A DNA stretch of 35,576 nt, taken from the IMG/VR virus record IMGVR_UViG_3300029310_000030, positions 1 through 35,576 of that record, one strand, 5' to 3'. The notes below the pieces were generated by a model. It saw only the letters and a list, made by a program, of their open reading frames with translations, was not told where the DNA came from and made no database searches. Each line of letters begins with the position of its first letter. Position 1 is the stretch's first letter. The DNA is from a virus. Below are positions 8,962 through 17,124 of the stretch, piece by piece. The translations under genes and the position numbers were made by a program.

Positions 8962-10162
8962 TTGTTGGCTCTTCCCCTCCTTTTTTCACCTGTCCATCCT
9001 GGCCGATGAGGTAGTACTCACCACGGATGGTATATGCTTGACCCATGCCGTCAGGCAGCGGGTCAAGATTCCAGATTTCACGGATCTCGTCGCGGTTCAT
9101 TATGCCGCGGTCTGCCATGCCCTGAGAGACGTTAAGTTTTTCCGTGTTGCTCATGTACTGCAAGCGGTTGGCCGTGGCCATGATTTTTGCTCCCCGGGCC
9201 AGCTCGTTTTCAGAGAAAAGCATCCTGCTGACAGCGTCGCTGAATTGGATCGAAAACGGCTTGATGCGGCCTTCATAGAAAGCGTTCCATGCATCACCGT
9301 ATGCCTTGTTTTGGATGACCTCTTCATTGACACCGAAGTAGTCAAAAACGCTGGTACGGATGCGCTCCATCTCCTCAGTGCTGGCCACGAAAGGCGTGCT
9401 CTTGAGCTGCTGGACGTTATCATAGGTCTTGGGAAAGAGCAGGATACCGCCGCCCTCGCCCTGTAAATTTTCCTTACTGAAGTTGTCCCGCTCTTTTTTC
9501 AAGTCCTCAGACTTGGCGAAGTTAGAAAGCCGGGCCATAAAGCGGAAAGAGGCAGAGTTTTTGACTGCTTCTTTGATGCCCTGATTCTGGATGTTCACTA
9601 AGTCCATGGTCGGGTTCAGCGCCCGATTATCTTCGCCGAAAAGGTCGTTTTTATACTGAAATTTGGTCAGTATCGCACACTTTTTCATCTCGACGGATGC
9701 CGTCTTTCCGTTTTGGAATGTATAAACTAAAAAAGGCTGCCCGGCATACTGTTTTACCTCGCAGTTGCTGGGCAGCACCGGAAAGATGCCAACGACCTTG
9801 TCTTTTCCGTCTGCATCCACACCCTCCAGCACCGGCACCACAAAAGCGGTGTTCTGCATATCCAGGATGGTGGACAGACGATACAAAAACTGGCCCCATG
9901 TCTGCCAGGAGTTGGGGCCCTGCCTGAGCCGGGTTTGGAGCTCAGGTTTTGCGCTGCCGATGATCTTCACATCCAGCTTGCTGGCGTGGTTGGCAGTGGC
10001 GTGCACCGCCGCGCGGACAATTTCACTTTCGTACAGCTCACCGCCCCAGCTGGTAAAGCTCGGGGTGTAGCCGTCCAGCAGCTCCCAGAATTTTTGTCCA
10101 GCGCTCTGCACCTTGGGTTTTCCGAAAATCGCTTCAAAAAGTCCCACACTCTCACTCCTCAT
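8951..10162 (-). CDS. Portal protein (HK97-type), 403 aa
   Basis: Size and position immediately after TerL. The sequence has portal-like character. Confidence 0.85.
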   Translation of the reverse strand: MRSESVGLFEAIFGKPKVQSAGQKFWELLDGYTPSFTSWGGELYESEIVRAAVHATANHASKLDVKIIGSAKPELQTRLRQGPNSWQTWGQFLYRLSTILDMQNTAFVVPVLEGVDADGKDKVVGIFPVLPSNCEVKQYAGQPFLVYTFQNGKTASVEMKKCAILTKFQYKNDLFGEDNRALNPTMDLVNIQNQGIKEAVKNSASFRFMARLSNFAKSEDLKKERDNFSKENLQGEGGGILLFPKTYDNVQQLKSTPFVASTEEMERIRTSVFDYFGVNEEVIQNKAYGDAWNAFYEGRIKPFSIQFSDAVSRMLFSENELARGAKIMATANRLQYMSNTEKLNVSQGMADRGIMNRDEIREIWNLDPLPDGMGQAYTIRGEYYLIGQDGQVKKGGEEPTNGK

Positions 10163-11801
10163 TTTTCAGCTGTTCACCGATTTCATCGGCCCATTTTTGG
10201 CGCACAGTCATAGCATCCAGCAGAGCAGCACCGCCATCAATATGCTCGTTGACGCTGATCTTGATGGGACGCATACGCCCGCTTTCGATATCCATTTTCA
10301 TGCCCATAGACAGCAGGTGCGCTTTCAGCAGGTCGTTATCACCAATGTCAAAAGCTCCATCTTTCATAAGCCCTTCGGTTTCCCGGATGACCGGGGTCAG
10401 GTTGAAGCCCTGAAAGACATCGTCCATCTGAAATCCGTAGGCATCCATGTCCTGTACAAGATACTGCGCCGTGTACCGGTCATAGCCGACTTTGAGCGGC
10501 AAAATCTCGTATTTTTCCACAAGCTCTGCAAACCATGCGAAGCAGTCGTGATAGTCCACGAAGTTACCGCCAGACAGCGTAAGAAGTCCACGCTGGACAT
10601 ATATGGGGTACGGCAAGCCATCCCGCGCAGTTGCCTCCTCCAGCTTTTCGCTTGGCATAAAAAAGTGAGCAAAAACATGAAGCCGTTTTTGCTTTTCGAT
10701 GACCACACAGCAGGCGGTCAAGTCTGTGGTACGGGAAAGGTCGATACCGCCTACACAGTAAGTAGAGCGGAAATCTTCCAGCTGCAGTGCATCTCCGCTG
10801 CATTTCTCCACGGCTTGCGTAGGTAGCCATGCCTGGGAGCTATTTTGTTTGATGTTGCAGTACTTTGTGATAAACTCAGCCTTTTTTGAGAGACTTCCCT
10901 CGGCCACGGCAATTTCTTCCAGCAGATAATCCACCGAAACTGAAACGCCAAGATTGGGGTTTGATTTGCGCAGCTCGTTGATGTCATTCCACTTGGCAAC
11001 ATCGTCGATCATGTACAGGAAAGGTGCTAGCCTTGCCTCTTTGGAATCGCCCAGCAAGAAACGAGTGCTTCGCTTGACCAACTCGTCATAGATGCCCTCG
11101 TTGATATATCCTGCCGTGCTGATACTCAGGATGATAGGCTGCCGTCTGGCACCCAAAGCGGATTTCATCACCTCATACTGTTTCAGGCCCTGATCTCCGG
11201 GCCAGGATGCGATCTCATCGCAGATGGTCAGCGAAGGGTTAAAGCCATCACTTTTCTTGGCGTTAAAGGCGATTTTTTTGATACTGGAGTTGGTGGCCTC
11301 CACATACAGGTCGGACTTGCGCGGCTTGATGCGGCAAGCCAGCTCAGGCTCATTGCTGGCGCTTTGCCAGAAAGCCTGGTAAACCAGGTCAGCCTGATCC
11401 AGCTTGGGAGCCACGCAGTACGTCTTTGCGCCATACTCTCCATCCATAAAAGTGCAGTAGGAGATGATGGCGCTGGCAAAGAGCGTTTTGCCGTTTTTGC
11501 GCGCCACCACTAGAATCACTTCTCGGAACTGCCGGTTTCCGGCACCGTCGAGAATCCCGAAGACCACCGACACAAAGGCCTTTTGCCACAGCTCCAGCTT
11601 GATGGTGTCAGATCGTCCTTCGCTGTGGTGGCAAAAGGTTTCAATGTATCGAATGGCTTTGGATGCCTTTTTCTGGTCAAAGAAAAAGGACTGCTTTTGC
11701 AGTCCATCAATGATGTACTTGTAAAAAAGACGGATCCACCGCCCTACGACGATGGTCCCGTCCTCGATTGCCTGATAGTAAGCCAGCAGGTAATTATCCA
11801 T
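10152..11801 (-). CDS. terL: Terminase large subunit, 549 aa
   Basis: Terminase_1-like N-terminus (MDNYLLAYYQAIEDGTIVVGRW...), a Walker-like VVARKNGKT motif and a nuclease C-terminal half. Confidence 0.9.
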   Translation of the reverse strand: MDNYLLAYYQAIEDGTIVVGRWIRLFYKYIIDGLQKQSFFFDQKKASKAIRYIETFCHHSEGRSDTIKLELWQKAFVSVVFGILDGAGNRQFREVILVVARKNGKTLFASAIISYCTFMDGEYGAKTYCVAPKLDQADLVYQAFWQSASNEPELACRIKPRKSDLYVEATNSSIKKIAFNAKKSDGFNPSLTICDEIASWPGDQGLKQYEVMKSALGARRQPIILSISTAGYINEGIYDELVKRSTRFLLGDSKEARLAPFLYMIDDVAKWNDINELRKSNPNLGVSVSVDYLLEEIAVAEGSLSKKAEFITKYCNIKQNSSQAWLPTQAVEKCSGDALQLEDFRSTYCVGGIDLSRTTDLTACCVVIEKQKRLHVFAHFFMPSEKLEEATARDGLPYPIYVQRGLLTLSGGNFVDYHDCFAWFAELVEKYEILPLKVGYDRYTAQYLVQDMDAYGFQMDDVFQGFNLTPVIRETEGLMKDGAFDIGDNDLLKAHLLSMGMKMDIESGRMRPIKISVNEHIDGGAALLDAMTVRQKWADEIGEQLKNEE

Positions 11802-12138
11802 CTTCCTGCATCTCCGTCAATCTGTCTTTCGGGGTGGGCGGCTTCCCCAGCTCCTTGATGATGGTGAGCATGGTTTGCAGAGTGCGGTTGGCTGCGTCTG
11901 CATGTTTCGGCAGCTCTTTCACGAGCGGATTTGCATAGATATTGACCCGGCCCTTGACATACTCTTTCGAGGTAGTCAAATCTCCATCCTCTTCATCCAG
12001 AGCTTTTTTAATGTTCTGGATCACCCGCGCCTGCACGTCGTACTGCTCAATGGCCTGCAAAAACAGTGCATTCTTATCTACACCGTAATCCTGCGCCATC
12101 TTGAGCAGCTTCGTGTAAGTCGTGCTTTTTCTGGCCAA
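11794..12138 (-). CDS. terS: Terminase small subunit (P27-family-like), about 114 aa. Start assigned to the TTG at 12138; the ATG at 12099 is an alternative.
   Basis: AAGGAG lies 10 nt upstream of the TTG. The C-terminal ...NPLVKELPKHADAANRTLQTMLTIIKELGKPP... resembles the P27 family. The long N-terminal extension in the ORF track looks non-coding. Confidence 0.6.
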   Translation of the reverse strand: MARKSTTYTKLLKMAQDYGVDKNALFLQAIEQYDVQARVIQNIKKALDEEDGDLTTSKEYVKGRVNIYANPLVKELPKHADAANRTLQTMLTIIKELGKPPTPKDRLTEMQEDG

Positions 12139-12253
12139 CTTCTTGCATCTCCTTTCCAAAAAAATACCTACGCACCAAAGAGAGGAAAAATGAACTCTTG
12201 CCCATCGGTCTCCAGGGGAGGTGCATTTTTTCCGACCAGGGGGGTACCTCTGG

Positions 12254-12574
12254 TCATTCGGCAGTGATTTTCCCATCTTCTCCGACAGAAAAACGCCGCT
12301 TTGTCCGGTCAGCTGGCTTGTGGATTTCTCCATCATGGACTTTGTGATGGCATTCACGGCATAAAAGCTCCAAATTGCCCCAGTCCAGCAGCACTTGCGG
12401 GTCGTTGATGGTATCCGGTGTCACACGGATTTTGTGGTGGACGATTTCGCCCGCCGTCACAATACCATCACGCAGGCACCGCTCACACAAGCCGCCCACA
12501 CTGGCCACATAGGCAGCGCGGCAGCGTTGCCATGCCTTGCTCTTGTAAAAGCCTTGTGCAAACTCTTTTGCCAT
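12254..12574 (-). CDS. HNH endonuclease (packaging-associated), about 106 aa (start trimmed to MAKEF...)
   Basis: CxxC...HHK...CxxCH motifs (LCERC...EIVHHKIRV...LCRECHHKVH). GAGGAA RBS 6 nt upstream of the ATG at 12574. Adjacent to the terminase genes. Confidence 0.85.
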   Translation of the reverse strand: MAKEFAQGFYKSKAWQRCRAAYVASVGGLCERCLRDGIVTAGEIVHHKIRVTPDTINDPQVLLDWGNLELLCRECHHKVHDGEIHKPADRTKRRFSVGEDGKITAE

Positions 12575-12588
12575 ATCATATTCCTCGA

Positions 12589-12662
12589 TGCGCCCGGTGA
12601 GATTTGAACTCGCGGCCCATAGATTAAAAATCCATTGCTCTTCCATTCTGAGCTACAAGCGC
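12589..12662 (-). tRNA. tRNA-Lys(UUU), hand-folded, 74 nt, no encoded CCA
   Basis: Minus strand: GCGCTTG TA GCTC AGAATGGAA GAGC A ATGGA TTTTTAA TCTAT GGGCC GCGAG TTCAAAT CTCAC CGGGCGC A. Cloverleaf with two G-U pairs in the acceptor stem and one C-A mismatch in the T stem. Confidence 0.7.
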
Positions 12663-12758
12663 ATAAAATAAGCGGCCCGTTTGCGGTCGGGCCGCTGCAT
12701 CTGGAACTTTCGCGGCCAGATGCCCCGCTATCGTGCGCTCCCTGCAAAGGTTGCACGG

Positions 12759-12900
12759 TGGAGCTGCCAGCCGGATTTGAACCAGCACCCACACGTTCAT
12801 GTGCTCATTGGTTAGGAATCAAGCACATCCTGTTCCGTGTGGTGTCACCAGCGATAGCCAGCCTTAAACGGGCTGTGCTCTACCATTGAGCTATGACAGC
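12759..12900 (-). tRNA. tRNA-like gene (142 nt) with a ~72-nt structured insertion between the anticodon arm and the T arm; encoded CCA
   Basis: Minus strand: GCTGTCA TA GCTC AATGGTA GAGC A CAGCC CGTTTAA GGCTG [72 nt] GCTGG TTCAAAT CCGGC TGGCAGC T CCA. The acceptor stem pairs over 7 bp. The anticodon loop has an atypical G at position 33. Confidence 0.5.
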
Positions 12901-13104
12901 ATATCAAAAAGTGTCCACAGTGGACACCCGCAGTGGAAAAGATTTTACTGTGTGCGCCGCTGGATTTTGAAGCGGACGGCGCTTGTGTCCATTGAGCGTG
13001 CTTTTTCCCAATACACGCTATGCTTCCCGCCGGGATGGAATCCTCAATGAAGCGGCTCAGGTGCCTTAGCCTGTAACCGCACTATGATGATATCACATCA
13101 AAAT

Positions 13105-13175
13105 CGGACATTCAGGACAAAATGACCATTTTCGGACAATCCGGACAAATCGGACAAAATGACCATTTCCGGACA
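13105..13175. repeat. Array of six (C)GGACA motifs including two 17-bp direct repeats (GGACAAAATGACCATTT)
   Basis: CGGACA/GGACA at 13105, 13115, 13133, 13142, 13151 and 13170. The 17-mers lie at 13115-13131 and 13152-13168. The array is in non-coding DNA upstream (minus sense) of the tRNAs and packaging genes. Confidence 0.8.
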
Positions 13176-13176
13176 T

Positions 13177-13437
13177 TTATCCTTTTGCTTCATAATCTTT
13201 GCAGACGCGCCCGGAGACGTTTAGGAAGTGCCCACACTCACATACCACCGTATAATAATTTTCTGTGGTTTTTTCTTTTTTGTGGATGCATGTAGCGCAT
13301 GAAGGCTTTCGGCTATACAGGATATCTGCAATCACTTCTATAGAACACTTTCTACTATCCAGATGCCACAGCGCACAGCTGCTTGTCTGGCAATCCCTCG
13401 AGCCAGCTCTGCTGTATGAAAATGGGCACTCTTTCAT
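13177..13437 (-). CDS. Small Cys-rich hypothetical protein, 86 aa
   Basis: ORF with about 10 Cys (CxxC-like pairs). The segment is A/T-richer than its surroundings. Confidence 0.45.
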   Translation of the reverse strand: MKECPFSYSRAGSRDCQTSSCALWHLDSRKCSIEVIADILYSRKPSCATCIHKKEKTTENYYTVVCECGHFLNVSGRVCKDYEAKG

Positions 13438-13443
13438 TTTTAT

Positions 13444-13887
13444 TTACCTCACATTCTGATCTATCCACCGGTCAACTCTGCGCCGAATTGCTTCTGCATC
13501 GATGTCATAGCCCTGTTCTGTCAGAGCCACGGCCACCTCTTGCGGCTTTTTCCCTTCAATGCACACATCGGACAGCATTCCGCGAAGCACCACGTCATCA
13601 CAGGTCTCCACGATGTGCAGACCTTCCATGTATGTAGCATCCTTTTCGGCATTGAGCTTTTTCAGTCTCCGGATTTCATCTTCACGCCGGGAAAAGGCAA
13701 TATCCGTGCCGGACACAGTAGCGTGACCCATGATGCAGGCGTTGCCCTCTCCCCGGGAAGATTTTACCACGTCCGATGCCGGTTGTGGCCCATCGACCTG
13801 CATCGCTTCCAGCCGCTTGATACGCCGCTTGCGGGCTTCGATATCATACGGGATAGCGTGCAGCTGTCTGAACTCTCGCGGTTTCAT
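13444..13887 (-). CDS. Putative late transcriptional regulator (sigma-70 region-4 / RinA-ArpU/DUF1492-like), 147 aa
   Basis: The C-terminal ...VETCDDVVLRGMLSDVCIEGKKPQEVAVALTEQGYDIDAEAIRRRVDRWI... has an r4-like HTH pattern. It lies upstream of the packaging module. Confidence 0.45.
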   Translation of the reverse strand: MKPREFRQLHAIPYDIEARKRRIKRLEAMQVDGPQPASDVVKSSRGEGNACIMGHATVSGTDIAFSRREDEIRRLKKLNAEKDATYMEGLHIVETCDDVVLRGMLSDVCIEGKKPQEVAVALTEQGYDIDAEAIRRRVDRWIDQNVR

Positions 13888-13910
13888 CCATGGGCCTCCT
13901 TACCTCATCG

Positions 13911-14639
13911 TTATTGGTTAATATCAATTCCAGTGATTTTCTTAAAAGTTTCCGCATTGAAATTCGGCAGACTTAAGATTTCATTACGATCAGCAGCATT
14001 CAGACCGGCCCACCACTTGCGGGCATTGTCTGCCGTGGTACGTTCCTTCAGATAGCCGCCAGTGGTCTTTGCTTCCGGGTGCTCGGCTTTTTCTTCATTG
14101 GTCATGTCGTCAAGCCAGACGTATTCAAGCGTGCAATCGTCAATCTGGTTCAGCAGATACCGGGCACGGGAATCAAACCAGCTCTGAAGCGTCCAATTGG
14201 AAGGCTTGTTGAACATATAGATTTTGGGCTGTTCAGTGTTAAAGCAGCCACCGGAAAAAGAAGTAGCGTTCCAGTCGCCGGAGTTCCAGTCGCCGGAGTT
14301 GCGGTTGCCGGAGTTGCAGTTGCCGGAGTTGCGGTTGCCGGAGTTGCAGTTGCCGGAGTTGCGGTTGCCGGTGCAGCCCTTCCCCGCGTTCACAATCTCA
14401 AGCACTTCAGTCCAAGGGATTTCACGCACGATTTCCAGCTTGTTCGTTGCACACTTATCCTCGCCCTCTGCAACCGTACCGTGGGCGATTACTTCAGCAA
14501 CGTGATTGTTTGGGTTAAAATCGTAATAACGGAAACAATCAGCGGCATTCTTGCAGAAGTGCATGCCCACATTGCAGACAGACGGGTTTACATCCTCTTC
14601 AAACGTGCCAGGGCAGGAATACTGCTTGCCCTTACACAT
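13911..14639 (-). CDS. Pentapeptide-repeat (xNSGx) protein, 242 aa
   Basis: Central GNRNSGNCNSGNRNSGNCNSGNRNSGDWNSGDWN run flanked by non-repetitive N- and C-terminal domains. Confidence 0.7.
   Translation of the reverse strand: MCKGKQYSCPGTFEEDVNPSVCNVGMHFCKNAADCFRYYDFNPNNHVAEVIAHGTVAEGEDKCATNKLEIVREIPWTEVLEIVNAGKGCTGNRNSGNCNSGNRNSGNCNSGNRNSGDWNSGDWNATSFSGGCFNTEQPKIYMFNKPSNWTLQSWFDSRARYLLNQIDDCTLEYVWLDDMTNEEKAEHPEAKTTGGYLKERTTADNARKWWAGLNAADRNEILSLPNFNAETFKKITGIDINQ
14268..14372. repeat. Seven tandem 15-bp repeats (GTTSCRGTYGCCGGA) inside the pentapeptide-repeat CDS
   Basis: Read directly from the sequence. A higher-order 30-bp unit, gttgcggttgccggagttgcagttgccgga, is repeated. Confidence 0.9.
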
Positions 14640-14693
14640 CCAATCCGGATTAAAAACTTTATGCCCTTTTACGCTTATCTTTTTATTCTCCTG

Positions 14694-16031
14694 TCACTTC
14701 AAATCAAGATATCTTATCAGGCTTTCCACTGCATCCGTGTAATTTTCCCAGCCGGTAGTAAAGAAATCACCTGACTTGTAGATGATGGCATAACGTACAT
14801 GCTCGCCCGGGGCAAAGCCCACAGCATCACGCTGGGTATCATCCAGCCGCCATAGATACGCCCCGCCGGGGAGTTCTTTCTTGTAAAAATCCAGCTTGAA
14901 CTTCCAAAGGTCACGGTCAAAAATCCAGCCGCCTTTTTCGTTCAATGTCTTTTCTGCCAGAGCCAGCAGAGTGGCCCGCCCACGGGGTTCAGGAGCTGAG
15001 TTTTTGCAAACATCCGAAACATTCTTTCCGGGTTCACTTTTTGCTTTTTGGGGCGCAATGCCTTTTTCAATGCAGAACCTCACAAACTTTGCCCAGGTAA
15101 ATACGTATTCACCTTTTCCCATTCCCCAAAAGCGTATCTTGTCTCGGTAAAAATCAACAAATCCTTTTTTCAAGCTTCGGCCACACATATCGCCCTTGCC
15201 TTTTGCAAGTGCTTCGCCCGTGAATTCAGGAGCAGACTTAACAAAATCCATCGAGCAGACCTCTTTTGCCGATTCCAGCACCCACTCAGGATACTCCGGT
15301 GCAGCTTTCGGTAACGTTTCCAGTGGTTTTTGCTCCGGTGCGGAGGAATCCGCGAATCCCGGCATGGATTCTGGGCTTTCCGCAGGCTCCTTAGGTGGAT
15401 TCTTAGCCGCAATGACATCTTGTGCCCGACGGTACGCTTCCATCAGTGTGATTTCTCCGGTTCGCAAAGACCGTTTCGTGTCATCTCCGCAGTTTTCCGC
15501 TATGGCATTCAGCCGGGCCGCCGCGCCGGTGCTCAGACCCAGGATGCGGCAAAGCTCATCCCTGACCTTTCCTTGCAGCTGGCCAAAGTGCTTTTTTCGG
15601 GTCAGCACTTCTTTCAAGGCCTCATACTGGGCCAGCCGTTCGCCATCGGTCAGGTCTCGGGCCGTGGCGTTGGCCGTGATCAGAGCTATTTTATCATCGT
15701 CCGCGTCCTTGCTTTCCCGGATGACGCACGGCAGCATATCAAAACCTTCCACGCCCTCCTTTGCAAGCTCCTCGCAGGCTGTCAAACGCCTCTCGCCGCC
15801 GATGAGCTTGTAACCGCCAAAGGGAAGTTCCACGACTTCCAGCGGTTGCCGGATCCCGTTTGCCCTGATATCTTCTTTCAGCCTGGATACATCCCCGATG
15901 ATGTAGATCCGATTATCCGGGTTCCTATGCAGTTGCCCGCGGTCAATCATAACCACCTGCATCTTCTGCCCCGCCGGGATGGCTGTTTTGCTCTGGGTGT
16001 TCAAAAGGCAATCCAATAATCCAGTGCTCAT
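14694..16031 (-). CDS. ParB/Srx N-terminal-domain protein with an unknown C-terminal extension, 445 aa
   Basis: ...HRNPDNRIY...GIRQPLEVVELPFGGYKLIGGERRLTACEEL... is a ParB-N motif, followed by an HTH-like segment, a Pro/Glu linker and a ~170-aa unknown domain. Confidence 0.7.
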   Translation of the reverse strand: MSTGLLDCLLNTQSKTAIPAGQKMQVVMIDRGQLHRNPDNRIYIIGDVSRLKEDIRANGIRQPLEVVELPFGGYKLIGGERRLTACEELAKEGVEGFDMLPCVIRESKDADDDKIALITANATARDLTDGERLAQYEALKEVLTRKKHFGQLQGKVRDELCRILGLSTGAAARLNAIAENCGDDTKRSLRTGEITLMEAYRRAQDVIAAKNPPKEPAESPESMPGFADSSAPEQKPLETLPKAAPEYPEWVLESAKEVCSMDFVKSAPEFTGEALAKGKGDMCGRSLKKGFVDFYRDKIRFWGMGKGEYVFTWAKFVRFCIEKGIAPQKAKSEPGKNVSDVCKNSAPEPRGRATLLALAEKTLNEKGGWIFDRDLWKFKLDFYKKELPGGAYLWRLDDTQRDAVGFAPGEHVRYAIIYKSGDFFTTGWENYTDAVESLIRYLDLK

Positions 16032-16309
16032 CGTACTTTCCTCCCGAGTTTTTCAGCAGCGTCAACGAGTATCATAACAGCCTCAGCAGTGAGCCATCCC
16101 TCCACGCCGCAATGACACAGTAGGTTTATCCCCATGGCTTCAAGATATCCAGCCTTTCCGCCATAGGAGTACGGCGTACACACCGCATCCCAGTACCATT
16201 TTTGAGCATCCGGAACGATGATCTGAACGCCGCCCTGAAATGCCCGGTCGTATATATGGGCAATGCCTTTTTCTGTAAGCATGGCATCCAGCTTATCCAT
16301 CTCAGTCAT
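16028..16309 (-). CDS. Hypothetical protein, 93 aa (between the parA and parB-like genes)
   Basis: ORF with overlapping start and stop on both sides (translationally coupled). Confidence 0.5.
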   Translation of the reverse strand: MTEMDKLDAMLTEKGIAHIYDRAFQGGVQIIVPDAQKWYWDAVCTPYSYGGKAGYLEAMGINLLCHCGVEGWLTAEAVMILVDAAEKLGRKVR

Positions 16310-17106
16310 CGTTTTTTACCCTCCACTGTTTTCTCCACGATATCTGCCAGCTGGCGATACTCGGTACTGGCCGGTACGCGGTAGCAGTAGATCGGCAGAT
16401 GTTCGGTCTTCGCTTCCTTGACCTTCACGCTGTAATCGATGCGCAGCACGCCGCCATCTTCAGCACGGAACACGGGATAATGCATCTTGTCCAGCTGATC
16501 CAGCTGGATGAGGACTTTTTCGGAGTAGGTACCCCGGGTGTACTTGGTGGCCAGGATACCCATGACCTTGATACCGGGATTGTAGTTTTCCCGGACAGCA
16601 TCCACCTGCTCCATGATCTCGAAGAGACCGTCAAAGGCCCACTCATCACAATCCACCGGCACGATGACCCAGTCAGCCGCCACAAGGGCGTTGATGGTGG
16701 CCATGTCGATATCAGGCGGGCAGTCCAGGATGCAGTAGTCGTATTTATCGGCAATGTCGTTCAGGGCTTTGCGCAGTCGGTTGTGCTGTGGCCGGGTTAC
16801 GTCCAGCATGACCTCACGGTTTGCCTTGATCATGCTCATGCTGCTGGGTGCGACATCCACATACTCAAAATCCGTTTTCTGGATGATATCGCTCAGGGTG
16901 ATGCTTTCCATCATCACCTCGGCCACGGTAGATATGCCCGGGTCAAACGTTTTGAAAAACTTGGAGGTGTTGGCCTGCTTGTCCAGATCCATTACCAGGA
17001 CGTGCCGGTGGTGCATCTGGGCAAGAATGCAGGCCAGGTTGCAGGCGGTAACGGATTTCCCGACCCCGCCTTTGAGGTTGATGATCGCGATTTTTTGCAT
17101 TTTCAT
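16306..17106 (-). CDS. parA: ParA/Soj-family partition ATPase, 266 aa
   Basis: Deviant Walker A motif IAIINLKGGVGKS and the ...VLVMDLDKQANTS... segment. Confidence 0.85.
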   Translation of the reverse strand: MKMQKIAIINLKGGVGKSVTACNLACILAQMHHRHVLVMDLDKQANTSKFFKTFDPGISTVAEVMMESITLSDIIQKTDFEYVDVAPSSMSMIKANREVMLDVTRPQHNRLRKALNDIADKYDYCILDCPPDIDMATINALVAADWVIVPVDCDEWAFDGLFEIMEQVDAVRENYNPGIKVMGILATKYTRGTYSEKVLIQLDQLDKMHYPVFRAEDGGVLRIDYSVKVKEAKTEHLPIYCYRVPASTEYRQLADIVEKTVEGKKR

Positions 17107-17124
17107 TGAGGATTCCTTTCTTTT

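Noticed and set aside
12139-12357. N-terminal 73 codons of ORF 11794..12357 as part of the small terminase, with similar N-terminal extensions at 12575..12646, 28992..29159, 22512..22712, 6537..6659 and 19198..19395
   Set aside because: The upstream parts lack RBSs, overlap neighbouring genes or RNAs, and read as low-quality sequence. Internal starts with GGAGG-type RBSs give products that match the family N-termini.
12457-12889. ORFs 12457..12792 (-) and 12635..12889 (+) as protein genes
   Set aside because: They span the tRNA-Lys gene, the hairpin spacer and the tRNA-like gene. Their composition is not protein-like and there is no RBS.
12930-13090. An additional tRNA or known riboswitch in the structured non-coding stretch
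   Set aside because: No GTTCRANYC T-loop or cloverleaf could be folded on either strand. The nested hairpins are noted in the findings but could not be assigned to a family by eye.
14268-14372. Tandem repeats as a possible CRISPR array
   Set aside because: The repeats are contiguous 15-mers with no spacers, lie in frame inside a CDS and encode pentapeptide repeats.
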